NCBI GenBank assembly: GCA_041192105.1 | Contig: JBEENS010000003.1 | Coordinates: 12,048-76,047, forward strand | DNA: 64,000 bases | Direction of reading: 5' to 3' | Source of the DNA: Pseudomonadota bacterium | Lineage (GTDB): Bacteria > Pseudomonadota > Alphaproteobacteria > Micropepsales > Micropepsaceae | In this document: piece by piece, positions 43,610 to 53,187 of the stretch | Numbering within the stretch: position 1 is the stretch's first letter | Layout: each line of letters starts with the position of its first letter | The notes under the pieces: generated by a model | The model's database searches: none | What the model saw: only the letters and a program-made list of their open reading frames with translations | What the model was told of the DNA's origin: nothing | Position numbers and translations under genes: made by a program

Positions 43610-45844
43610 CTAGAAGAAACTGACGGGATCGACGTCCACCGCAACGCGCACGGACGCCGGCACCTTTATAATGGCGAGCCAGGCTTTGAGATAGGCCTGC
43701 ACATCGACGCCTTTGGCGGCCTGCACCAGCAATCTTTCGCGGGTCTGGCCGCGCAGCAGGGCATAGAAGGCAGGCGTCGGTCCCCACACCTTCACATCCC
43801 GGGCGTTGGGCGCGGCTTTGCCCAGCTGGCGGGCAATGTCGCGCACCGCTTCGCCGTCATAGCCGCTGATCACCAGGGCTGCGAGGCGGCCATAGGGCGG
43901 CGCGGCATAGGCTTCGCGATAAGTCCGTTCTTGTTCGTAAAAACCATCGCGGTCGCCCTTGGCCAACGCCTGCATCACCGCGTCTTCGGGATTTCTTGTC
44001 TGCAGCAGCACCAGCCCCGGCTTCTCGGCGCGGCCGGCACGGCCTGATACCTGGTGCAGCAATTGAAAGGTGCGTTCGCGCGCGCGGACATCGCCGTCGC
44101 TGCCGCCCAGATCGGCGTCCACCACCCCCACCAATGTCAACTGGGGAAAATGATGCCCCTTGGCGACGATCTGGGTGCCGATCAGCACGTCGATCTCGCG
44201 CTTGGCCATGGCGCGGATCGCGGCCTGGGTTTCGGCCGGACCATGCATGGTGTCGGAAGACGCTATGGCAAAGCGCGCCGTGGGAAAGAAGGCGGCGAAT
44301 TCCTCGGCCACCCGCTCCACGCCGGGGCCGCAAGGAATCAGCGTGCCGGTCTCGTTGCATTGCGGGCAGGTATTCGGCATCGGCAGTTGATAACCGCATT
44401 GATGACAGGCCAGGCGTTTCTTGTATTTGTGTTCCACCAGCCAGGCGGAGCAATGCGGACAGGTGAATTTGTGGCCGCAGGCTTCGCACAAGGTCAGCGG
44501 GGCATAACCGCGGCGATTGAGGAACAGCATCGCCTGCTCGCCCGCCGCCAAGGTTTTTTCCAGCGCCGCGCGCAGCGGCGGCGACAGCCATTGCGCCTTC
44601 TTTTCGACGTCCGGTCCATCGCGCTCTTTTCGAAGGTCGATGAGGCGAACAGCCGGCATTTCGGCCACGCCGTGGCGCGACACCAGCTTCAAATGCGTGT
44701 AGCGGCCCTGCTGGGCATTGACGAAGCTTTCCAGCGATGGCGTGGCGCTGGCCAGCACCACCGGGCAATTCTCGATCCGCGCCCGCACCACCGCCATGTC
44801 GCGGGCGTGATAGATGGCGCCGTCCTGCTGCTTGAAAGCCTGCTCATGCTCTTCATCCGCGATGATCAGGCCAAGCTCGAAGAAAGGCAGGAACAGCGAA
44901 GATCGCGCCCCGACAATCACCCGCGCTTCGCCGTTCATCACGGCGCGATAGGTCCGCCTGCGTTCCTTCTGCGATAGGTCACTGTGCCATTCGGCGGGCC
45001 GCACCCCGAAGCGCGCTGCGAAGCGTTCCAGGAACTGCACCGTCAGTGCGATCTCCGGCAGCAGGATCATCACCTGCTTGTCCTGTCTCAGGGCTTCGGC
45101 GATGGCCTCGAAATAGACTTCGGTCTTGCCCGATCCGGTGACGCCGTCCAGCAGATGGGCCGAGAACTTCTGATCCGTCACCGCATCGCGCAGCACCTTG
45201 GCCGCCGCCGCCTGGTCGCCGCTCAATTTCGGCGCGGCGAAGTCGGCATCGGGGTTTTTGAAGGGCGCGAATTCCGGCAGCTCGGTGGGAATCAGCGCCC
45301 CCGCCGTGATCAGCCCGCGCACCACCGCGCCCGAGACATTGGCGTCTTCCACCAGACCGGTAACGCTGCGCGCCAGTCCGTCGCCGGCGATTTCCAGGGC
45401 GCGGGTCCGTGCCACCGACATGCGCGGCGGGGTGATGGAGCCGCGCACATAGGCGATCCGTTTTGCCTCAGGCTCGAAGGCGCCGCGTGACCGCAGCGCC
45501 ATGGCCAGGATCGCGCCGGGCGGGTTCAAAGTGTAATCAGCCACCCAATCGATGAAATCACACAATTTGGGCGGCAGGCGCGGTCCGCCGTCCAGAGGCT
45601 CCGCCACTTTCAGCCGGTTGTCGCCCACCACACCTTCGGCGGCACCCCACACCACGCCCAACACTTCGCGGTTCCCCAAGGGTGCGGAAACAACCGTTCC
45701 GCGCGGCGCGGTGATGCCGGGCGGCAGCTTATAGTCATAGGCGCCCGCCAGCGGCAGCGGCAGCAGCACGCCTACCGTGGTTTTGGCCACCGATTTTGGC
45801 TGGATTTCCACGTGGGAAGCGGGGTTTAAGCGGGCTCTGATCAT
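43610..45844 (-). CDS. priA: Primosomal protein N' (replication restart helicase PriA)
   Basis: Walker A GVTGSGKTEVY, DEEH box, and a Cys-rich zinc region (CEACGHKFTCPHC...CHQCG...CPQC). Confidence 0.95.
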   Translation of the reverse strand: MIRARLNPASHVEIQPKSVAKTTVGVLLPLPLAGAYDYKLPPGITAPRGTVVSAPLGNREVLGVVWGAAEGVVGDNRLKVAEPLDGGPRLPPKLCDFIDWVADYTLNPPGAILAMALRSRGAFEPEAKRIAYVRGSITPPRMSVARTRALEIAGDGLARSVTGLVEDANVSGAVVRGLITAGALIPTELPEFAPFKNPDADFAAPKLSGDQAAAAKVLRDAVTDQKFSAHLLDGVTGSGKTEVYFEAIAEALRQDKQVMILLPEIALTVQFLERFAARFGVRPAEWHSDLSQKERRRTYRAVMNGEARVIVGARSSLFLPFFELGLIIADEEHEQAFKQQDGAIYHARDMAVVRARIENCPVVLASATPSLESFVNAQQGRYTHLKLVSRHGVAEMPAVRLIDLRKERDGPDVEKKAQWLSPPLRAALEKTLAAGEQAMLFLNRRGYAPLTLCEACGHKFTCPHCSAWLVEHKYKKRLACHQCGYQLPMPNTCPQCNETGTLIPCGPGVERVAEEFAAFFPTARFAIASSDTMHGPAETQAAIRAMAKREIDVLIGTQIVAKGHHFPQLTLVGVVDADLGGSDGDVRARERTFQLLHQVSGRAGRAEKPGLVLLQTRNPEDAVMQALAKGDRDGFYEQERTYREAYAAPPYGRLAALVISGYDGEAVRDIARQLGKAAPNARDVKVWGPTPAFYALLRGQTRERLLVQAAKGVDVQAYLKAWLAIIKVPASVRVAVDVDPVSFF

Positions 45845-45915
45845 GGGCTAAGATAGGTTATGGGCTACACTTCGCCCCGCCCCAATCACAGGTCAATAAA
45901 TAAGGTCTCTGGTCC

Positions 45916-46569
45916 ATGAAAATCTTCCTCGACACCGCCGATGTGGCGGAAATCCGCGAATATGCCGCCAGCGGTCTGGTGGACGGCGTCACCACCAACC
46001 CGTCCCTGGCCGCCAAGACGGGCCGCGATTATGTCGAATCGCTGAAGGAAATCTGTTCGGTGGTGCCGGGCGCGGTGAGCGGGGAAGTGCTGGCCACCGA
46101 CTATGATGGCATGATGAAGGAAGCGGCGATCCTGACCAGGATCGCCAAGAACATCGCCGTGAAAGTGCCGCTGACCTGGGACGGGCTGAAGGCCTGCGCC
46201 GCACTGGCCAAGCACGGCACGATGGTCAATGTCACCCTCTGCTTCTCGCCGGTGCAGGCCTGGATGGCCGCCAAGGCGGGTGCGACGTTCATTTCGCCCT
46301 TCATCGGCCGCGTCGATGACGCAGGCGAAGACGGCATGGGCCTGATCCGCGATATCCGCGCCGTCTATGACAATTACGGCTTCAAGACGGAAATTCTGGC
46401 GGCCTCGATCCGCAGCATCAGCCATGTGCGCGAGTGTCTTCTGGCAGGCGCAGATGTCGGCACCATGCCGACCGACATTTTCAAGAAGCTGATAAGCCAT
46501 CCCCTGACCGACAAGGGCCTGGCCGCCTTCGTCGCCGACGCCAAAAAGGCCAACGTCATGATCAAGTGA
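45916..46569 (+). CDS. tal: Short-form transaldolase / fructose-6-phosphate aldolase family
   Basis: [15 protein letters not shown]...VTTNPSL start and [10 protein letters not shown]. Confidence 0.9.
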   Translation: MKIFLDTADVAEIREYAASGLVDGVTTNPSLAAKTGRDYVESLKEICSVVPGAVSGEVLATDYDGMMKEAAILTRIAKNIAVKVPLTWDGLKACAALAKHGTMVNVTLCFSPVQAWMAAKAGATFISPFIGRVDDAGEDGMGLIRDIRAVYDNYGFKTEILAASIRSISHVRECLLAGADVGTMPTDIFKKLISHPLTDKGLAAFVADAKKANVMIK

Positions 46570-46582
46570 TTGGAGGGGGCAA

Positions 46583-47500
46583 GTGAGCGAAGGCGCCGAC
46601 GCTCTTCGCAAAAGCTGGCTAGCGATGCTGGCGCATGAGCGCCGCGCCTCGCCCAACACCTTGCGTGCCTATGGCGATGACGTGGCGCGCTTTATCGGTT
46701 TCCAGGCCGCCCATATCGGCGGAGCGGTCACGCAAAAGGCGCTGGCCAAACTGACGCCCGCCGATATCCGCGCCTTTGTGTCCAGCCGCCGCAGCGAAGG
46801 GCTGGGCGCGGGCGGGGTGCAGCGGGCGATGGCGGCGGTGCGCAGCTTCTACAAATTTCTCGCCCGCGAAGGCATTCTGGAAAATGCCGCCGCCCGCGCC
46901 ATCCGCACCCCGCGGGTGCGCCGACCGCTGCCGCGCCCGCTGTCAGCGGTCGACGCGGCGCGCACCATCGAGGAAGCCGGCGAGCACAAGGTTGAATGGC
47001 TGGGCGCGCGCGACGCGGCGCTGCTGACGCTTCTTTATGGCGGCGGCCTGCGCATTTCCGAGGCGCTGGGGCTGAAGCGGGGCGACGTTCCGCTGGGCGA
47101 AACCCTGACCGTGGTCGGCAAGGGCCGCAAGGAACGCAGCGTGCCGATGTTGCCGCTGGTCGCCGCGGTGTTGCAGGATTACGCAGATAAAATTCCGTTC
47201 ACCGGCCCGCCATCATCGCCGCTGTTTTTGTCGCGGCGCGGCAAACCGATGAGCCCGCGCGAAGCCCAGGCCCTGATGCAGAAATTGCGGGGGCGGCTGG
47301 GACTGCCCGAAAAAGCGACACCGCACGCCCTGCGCCATTCCTTCGCCACTCATATTTTACAGGGCGGCGGTGATCTGCGTTCCGTCCAGGAACTGCTGGG
47401 CCATTCATCGCTTTCGACCACCCAGATCTACACCGCAATCGAAACCACCCAGCTGCTCAAGACCTATGAAAGCGCCCATCCCCGCGCCAGACGCGGTTGA
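46583..47500 (+). CDS. xerC: Tyrosine recombinase XerC
   Basis: GGLRISEALGL, HALRHSFATHIL and LLGHSSLSTTQIYT (the R-H-R-Y catalytic set). GTG start preceded by a GGAGGGGG Shine-Dalgarno sequence. Confidence 0.88.
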   Translation: MSEGADALRKSWLAMLAHERRASPNTLRAYGDDVARFIGFQAAHIGGAVTQKALAKLTPADIRAFVSSRRSEGLGAGGVQRAMAAVRSFYKFLAREGILENAAARAIRTPRVRRPLPRPLSAVDAARTIEEAGEHKVEWLGARDAALLTLLYGGGLRISEALGLKRGDVPLGETLTVVGKGRKERSVPMLPLVAAVLQDYADKIPFTGPPSSPLFLSRRGKPMSPREAQALMQKLRGRLGLPEKATPHALRHSFATHILQGGGDLRSVQELLGHSSLSTTQIYTAIETTQLLKTYESAHPRARRG

Positions 47501-47586
47501 AGACGCGGCTGATATTGCGCAAGTTTTGAGGCGCGGTTAGGGTCGCCGCCAGTCAAAATAGGGCGTCAGCCCGCTGGGGAGAGTTC

Positions 47587-48837
47587 ATGAAAAAGACGAT
47601 GTTTGCCGTGGCCCTGCTGTGCAGTTCTGCGCCCGCTTTCGCGCAAGAACCCGATGGCCTGATCCTGCCCAAGGGTTTCCATGCCAAGGTGGTGGCCGAT
47701 GGTCTTGGCCCGATCCGCCACATGGCGCTGCGCGGCAACGACATCTACATCTCGACCCGCCACGGTGCGAAGCAGCCGTCGGTCGGCATCATCGCGCTGC
47801 GCCTCGCGCCCGACCACACGGTGCTGCAGAAGGCCAATTTTGGCATCGAGACGGCGGACCAGGGCACGGGCATCAAGGTGTGGAAGGGTTACCTTTATGC
47901 CGCCTCCGGCACGCAGGTTCAGCGTTTTGCGCTGGACAACATGCTGGTCCCCACCAAGTCCGAAGTGATCGTGGACGGGATCACGCAGAGCAATCATCCC
48001 ATCGCCTTTGACGGCAAGGGTAACCTGTATGTCTCGATCGATGGCGGCGGCGGCACCAACAACTGCCCCGACCCCAAGAATCCGAAGGAAGCCAAGCCGA
48101 AGGGGCTCATGCCCTGTCCGCTGCTGGCCTTCCGCGGCGGCATCTGGCGCTTTGACGAAGCCAAGACGGGCCAGAAGCTGACCGACGGCAAGCATTTCGC
48201 CACCGGCATCCGCAATTCCAGCGCGCTGGACTGGCGCCAGGGCGATGGCCTGTACCTGACCAATCACGGCCGCGACGGCACCTCCAAGGGTTGGCCGGAT
48301 ATCATCAGCCAGGCCGATGACAACGCCATTCCCGACGAGATGTTCAAGGTCACCAAGGGCACCGACATGGGCTGGCCCTATACCTATTGGGACGGCGTCC
48401 GGAAGGTCCGCCTGACCGCGCCGGAATATGGCGGCGACGGCAAGACGGTGGTGACGGATGTGAAATATGCCAAGCCGGTGGCGGTGTTCCATCAGCTGCG
48501 GCCTGCCACCTTGGACCAGGTTTTCTATAACGGCACCCAGTTTCCGCGTTCCTATCGCGGCGGCGCCTTCCTGGCCATGCATGGCGGCAACGATCCCGAA
48601 ATCGTGCCGGGCGGGCGCAAGGGCTATAACGTGATGTTCGTGCCGTTCCGTAACGGCAAGGCGAGTACGCCGGTGGCCTTCGCCGAAGGCTTTGCCGGCC
48701 CGACGCCCGAGCACAAGAACATCACGCAGGCCACCTACCGCCCGGTGGGCGTGGCGGTGGCCCCTGACGGCGCGCTCTATGTCGCCGAATCCAACAAGGG
48801 CCGGATTTGGCGGATTTCCTATACCGGCAAGCCCTGA
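47587..48837 (+). CDS. PQQ-dependent sugar (sorbosone/glucose) dehydrogenase family, secreted
   Basis: Signal peptide MKKTMFAVALLCSSAPAFA and beta-propeller blocks typical of the soluble aldose/sorbosone dehydrogenase family (GIRNSSALDW, MGWPY). Confidence 0.75.
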   Translation: MKKTMFAVALLCSSAPAFAQEPDGLILPKGFHAKVVADGLGPIRHMALRGNDIYISTRHGAKQPSVGIIALRLAPDHTVLQKANFGIETADQGTGIKVWKGYLYAASGTQVQRFALDNMLVPTKSEVIVDGITQSNHPIAFDGKGNLYVSIDGGGGTNNCPDPKNPKEAKPKGLMPCPLLAFRGGIWRFDEAKTGQKLTDGKHFATGIRNSSALDWRQGDGLYLTNHGRDGTSKGWPDIISQADDNAIPDEMFKVTKGTDMGWPYTYWDGVRKVRLTAPEYGGDGKTVVTDVKYAKPVAVFHQLRPATLDQVFYNGTQFPRSYRGGAFLAMHGGNDPEIVPGGRKGYNVMFVPFRNGKASTPVAFAEGFAGPTPEHKNITQATYRPVGVAVAPDGALYVAESNKGRIWRISYTGKP

Positions 48838-48918
48838 TTAACTCCCTTTGGGTTAGCTTTAGGCGTTGCAGTCGGGGGCCGGGATGCGTAGTTTCCCGGC
48901 CATTCCGGCCCACGGAAT

Positions 48919-48994
48919 GCCGCCTTAGCTCAGTTGGTAGAGCACGTCATTCGTAATGACGGGGCCGCGTGTTCGAGTCACGCAGGCGGCACCA
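48919..48994 (+). tRNA. tRNA-Thr (anticodon CGT), CCA end encoded
   Basis: Cloverleaf read by eye: acceptor GCCGCCT / AGGCGGC, D arm AGCTCAGTTGGTAGAGC, anticodon stem-loop CGTCA-TTCGTAA-TGACG, T arm GTTCGAGTC, and a terminal ACCA. Confidence 0.9.
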
Positions 48995-49130
48995 TTTCAG
49001 CCCTTTTTAATTCACAATTCCCACGCGGCAGGCGGCCTTAAAGACCGCGCCGTAATTCAAGGATCGCGGCGCGAACCCCCAGGAGTTCGTACCTAGCGCT
49101 ATATAGGTTTTGAAAAACCTCAAGTGCGAT

Positions 49131-49219
49131 TGTCACCGCAGACTCCATGGCTCTCCACCAACCGGCCAGCCTATTGGAGGCTAGCAAGATGGAGGAGAGC
49201 CATGGAGTCTGCGGTGACA
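49131..49219 (+). repeat. 26-bp perfect inverted repeat spanning the IS110 transposase start codon
   Basis: TGTCACCGCAGACTCCATGGCTCTCC (49131-49156) pairs with GGAGAGCCATGGAGTCTGCGGTGACA (49194-49219). The loop is 37 nt, and the right arm contains the ATG at 49202. Confidence 0.9.
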
Positions 49220-50230
49220 ATCGGATTGGACCTTGGGAAGTCAGTTTTTCAGGTACACGGCGTTGATGCTGGAGGGGCGGTTGTTGTCCAGCGGCGGCTG
49301 ACGCGGGGCAAGCTGCTGGCGTTCTTCGCAAAGCAGGCACCCTGCCTGGTCGGGATGGAAGCCTGCGCGGTGGCCCACCATTGGGGAAGGGAGCTCAGGA
49401 AGCTTGGCCACACTGTACGACTGATGGCGCCCCGCTATGTGAAGCCTTACGTCAAGCGGCAGAAAAACGATGCCGCGGATGCCGAGGCGATCTGTGAGGC
49501 GGTAACCCGGCCCACCATGCGCTTTGTCGAGATCAAGACCTGCGAACAGCAAGGGACTCTAGTCCTTCACCGTGTCCGGCTGATGCTGACACGGCAGCGC
49601 ACGTAGCTCTCAAATGCGATCCGGGGCCACATGGCAGAGTACGGCCTGGTCGCTCCAGTCGGCCGCAATGGCCTGCAGCGATTGATCGCCATCCTGGGCA
49701 ACCTAGATGATGAGCGTGTGCTGGCAGTGGCGCGCGCCTCACTGGCGCCGCTGGTCTGCCAATTTGTGCTGCTGAATGACCAAATCCTGGAAAATGATCG
49801 CAGTGTTCGTGCGAGCGCCCGTTCAACCGAAGTGGGTGTCCGCCTGATGGAAGTGCCAGGCGTCGGGCCGGTGCTGGCCAGCGCGATTGTTGCCACAGTT
49901 CCAGATCCGGCAGCGTTCAAGACTGGGAGGGATCTTGCTGCCTGGATCGGCCTGGTACCACGGCAGAACCCCAGTGGCGGCAAGGAGAAGCTGGGCGGCA
50001 TCACCAAGCAGGGCGACCGATATCTGCGGCAGCTGCTGGTGGCCGGGGCCCTCGCTGTCATCCGTTACGCTCAGAAGCATGGAACGAAGCGGCCATGGCT
50101 GGTGCATCTGCTCGCCCGTCGGTCACCAAAGATCGCGGCGGTCGCGCTCGCCAACAAGATGGCCAGGATGATCTGGGCCATGATGATGACCGGAGAACGA
50201 TATAGAGAGCCTGCAGTGGCTGCGGCCTAG
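49202..50230 (+). pseudogene. IS110-family transposase interrupted by an in-frame TAG (49604-49606)
   Basis: The N-terminal DEDD domain (IGLDLGKSVF, VGMEACAVAHHW, NDAADAEAI) and the C-terminal domain (GVGPVLASAIVA, LVPRQNPSGGKEKLGGITKQGDRYLR) are in the same frame. They are separated only by TAG in the context RQRT-stop-LSNAIRGH. Confidence 0.85.
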
Positions 50231-50524
50231 GCAACAGCACCGGGCAGAGTTTGGGAAGGGCAGTCGCGATGTAATGCACCATCGGTCGAAACCGAGAACG
50301 GGAAAACCCATTTGCGCCAAAGCGCTTAGAGCGCGTGCTTTTGATCGGGACCCGGCTTAGCGGAAGGCATTATGGCCAGCGGCCTTTGTGTGCCGCATAA
50401 ACAGGCCGCACACATGGCCGCACCGACCGAAGGACAGAACATCAAGAAAGCCCTTGCCAACGGGGAGCCGTCCACAAATGGCGCAAAGCTGACATTGGGC
50501 TTGATTCTGGTTTACTCTACAAAA

Positions 50525-52681
50525 TCAGCGCAAATTAGAAGTTCCTCGTAGCAAGTAGGCCCTGATGGCCTCAACCTCTTGTTCATTCAGGAAAGCAGCA
50601 AAGCTTGCCATACCTCGGCTCTCCAATAACCCGTCAAAAACAACGCTCTTAAATCTAGTTTTTGACGAAAGAACGGGAGATTGGCGCAAATCTGGATAGA
50701 TGAAATTCTGACCGTGGCAGAACCTGCAGTATCTGTTGTAAAATACATCCCCAGCTAAAGCATCTCCTTCAGATGACTCTACCTTGGAGACATCCAACTT
50801 CGGTCGATTTGTCCGGATATGGTCTGGCGCGGTTTCCTTTCCGCCCAACTTGAACACCAACAATCTTCCAGGGACCGGAGTGTCAGTTCGTGTGGAATGT
50901 CCCTGTCCGTTGCCGCCTCCGTTTCCTACCATAAGCGCTACATACTGAACGCCGTCCAATGAATACGTTATCGGCGCTGCGATAGCGGATGCGCCGAGGG
51001 GGTAGCTCCAAACCTCTCCGCCGCTCGCTGCGTCATAAGCTTTCAGGTCATGCTTGACGCTTTGGAAGACGAGGCTACCCGCGGTGGTCAGAACACCTCC
51101 CATGCCCCATTCCGCATCCGAGTATTTTACCGTCCAGCGAGCGCTACGAGCGACCGGATCCCACGCAATCAGCTCGCCACTGGAAACAGAAGGCAACGGA
51201 TCACCTGCGGCTGCAGCTCTCGCTCGTTGCAATGAACCCGGCGCCGCTTGTTTTCCGGGAGCTATTCCTTGAACGCCGACGCCCCGGTTTTGGGTGCCGG
51301 GAATGTGCCTGTAGTCCTCGGGATTTATTGGTGAGATAAAATTTCCCGTAACATTAAGCGCAGGAATATATACCAAGCCCTCGTTTGGATTGAACGCCAT
51401 CGATTTCCAGCTGTGCGCCCCAGGTGGGCCGGGATTCTGGCGACTGTTCCCGCCAGCGCCCCACCGAACGCCGATACGCTCAATGGGCCTGCCAGTGCGA
51501 AGGTCTATGCCATGCGCCCAGTCAACCCACGGAGCCAATTTGTCAGCTGACAACAACTCTCCAGTCCTGGCATCAAGCACATAAAAAAAGCCATTCTTGG
51601 GCGCCTGCATCACGACATGCCGTTTAACGCCCTTGATAAGTATATCCGCGATAATAATGGGCTGCGTTGCAGTATAATCCCACGTGTCTCCGGGAGTAGT
51701 TTGGTAATGCCAAACATATTTACCCGTCTCGGGATTTATAGCCACTATCGAAGATAGAAATAGATTGTCTCCTTTGCCTTGAGATCGAATGTAGTGATTC
51801 CAGGGCGCGCCATTCCCCGTACCTATCAAGAGATTGTTGGTATCGGGATCGTAGGTAATCGCATCCCAAGCAGTGCCGCCTCCACCCGATGTTTTCCAAA
51901 CATCACCAAACCAAGTCGCGTTGGCGATCTTGGAAAATACTTCATCAGACGCGGCACCATCTAGTTTGCCTTCTGGGTTCGGTGTCAAATAGAAGCGCCA
52001 TACTTGCTTTCCAGTTTCCGCATCATAAGCAGAAACGTAGCCTCTAACGCCATACTCCGAACCGCCATTGCCAATAATGACTTTGCCTTTTACGACTCGA
52101 GGGGTGCCCGTAATAGTGTAAGGTGCAGCAGGGTCTGTAGTTTGTGCTGACCATACGGGTTTTCCAGTCTTTCTGTTCAAGGCGATCAGTCGACCGTCTA
52201 GCGTGCCGACAAAAACCCGATCATTCCACAGTGCAACACCTCGATTGACTACGTCGCAGCACGCAGCAAGCGCCGTCCTTGCAGAGACTTTGGGATTGAA
52301 GGTCCAGTACTGACGGCCCGTCCGGGCGTCGAACGCATAGACCTTTGACCATGCTGTTGTCGTGTAAATTACGCCGTCGGCAACGAGCGGTGTCGCTTCT
52401 TGACCACGATTGGTGTCGAACTGAACCCACCAGGCAAGGCCGAGTGTTCCAATGGTGGATTGATCGATCTGCTGGAGGGGGCTGAAGCGTTGCTCCAAAT
52501 AGGTCCGGCCGTAAGTTAGCCAGTCGCTACTCTGATTTTCCTTTAAAAGGCGGTTGTGATCAATTGGATGGTGGGCGTCCACTTGAGCAGAGGATCCATT
52601 CGCAAATATCAGAACAAGCGCTGGAAAGACGTATCTGCCAAAATGCTTCCTTAGATTGAGGTGTGCGCCGCCCGCCGACAT
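50525..52681 (-). CDS. Quinohemoprotein alcohol dehydrogenase (PQQ-dependent, with a C-terminal cytochrome c domain)
   Basis: Signal sequence, vicinal Cys-Cys (LAACCDVVNRG) diagnostic of PQQ methanol/ethanol-family dehydrogenases, W-rich propeller repeats, and C-terminal CRFCH heme-binding motif. G+C is visibly lower than in the flanks. Confidence 0.85.
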   Translation of the reverse strand: MSAGGAHLNLRKHFGRYVFPALVLIFANGSSAQVDAHHPIDHNRLLKENQSSDWLTYGRTYLEQRFSPLQQIDQSTIGTLGLAWWVQFDTNRGQEATPLVADGVIYTTTAWSKVYAFDARTGRQYWTFNPKVSARTALAACCDVVNRGVALWNDRVFVGTLDGRLIALNRKTGKPVWSAQTTDPAAPYTITGTPRVVKGKVIIGNGGSEYGVRGYVSAYDAETGKQVWRFYLTPNPEGKLDGAASDEVFSKIANATWFGDVWKTSGGGGTAWDAITYDPDTNNLLIGTGNGAPWNHYIRSQGKGDNLFLSSIVAINPETGKYVWHYQTTPGDTWDYTATQPIIIADILIKGVKRHVVMQAPKNGFFYVLDARTGELLSADKLAPWVDWAHGIDLRTGRPIERIGVRWGAGGNSRQNPGPPGAHSWKSMAFNPNEGLVYIPALNVTGNFISPINPEDYRHIPGTQNRGVGVQGIAPGKQAAPGSLQRARAAAAGDPLPSVSSGELIAWDPVARSARWTVKYSDAEWGMGGVLTTAGSLVFQSVKHDLKAYDAASGGEVWSYPLGASAIAAPITYSLDGVQYVALMVGNGGGNGQGHSTRTDTPVPGRLLVFKLGGKETAPDHIRTNRPKLDVSKVESSEGDALAGDVFYNRYCRFCHGQNFIYPDLRQSPVLSSKTRFKSVVFDGLLESRGMASFAAFLNEQEVEAIRAYLLRGTSNLR

Positions 52682-53187
52682 GTCATCACTCCGCTTCTCT
52701 CCCTTTGACCTTACCAGACGAATATTTCTATGCACACCCAAGGAATCAAGGAAATCGCGTCAGAACAGATCTCTCTGGCGGGCCGTCGCGTCCGCCCTAA
52801 GACAGAGTGGCGCAAAGCTGGGGGGAACTGAGGTGGTGATGCAAGGCAGGGGGCTGGCCCGGTGTTGGCGCATGCAGTGCTATCTTTTCCTGCTGGATTC
52901 CTCATGCGTCTGCTTTGGGTCATTGCCGGACCAGCGGATGTGGTCCCTCCAAGTGGGTAGCATAGTGGGCAGCAGTTTTCGCATCTGATTTAATGCGAGG
53001 CTTTTCAATTTCCTATGTCGCGGTTAGGCGGATGCCGCATCTGCCGTTCGCAAAGGGTGACTCCGCCCCGGCTCATCCCGAGCTAGTATGATATGCTTAG
53101 AGTGCTTGAACCAAAGAAGCTGATTTGACCTGAGTCCGCCCTAGGATTTTGGCTGGATCTTTCGAAGAACGATATAGGAGAGGCAAA

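Larger units (their letters stand above)
49040..50500 (+). mobile_element. IS110-family insertion sequence (boundaries approximate)
   Basis: A DEDD-type transposase ORF with about 160 nt of structured 5' non-coding DNA and about 270 nt of 3' non-coding DNA. The family lacks classical terminal inverted repeats, so the ends cannot be fixed from a single copy. Confidence 0.7.
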
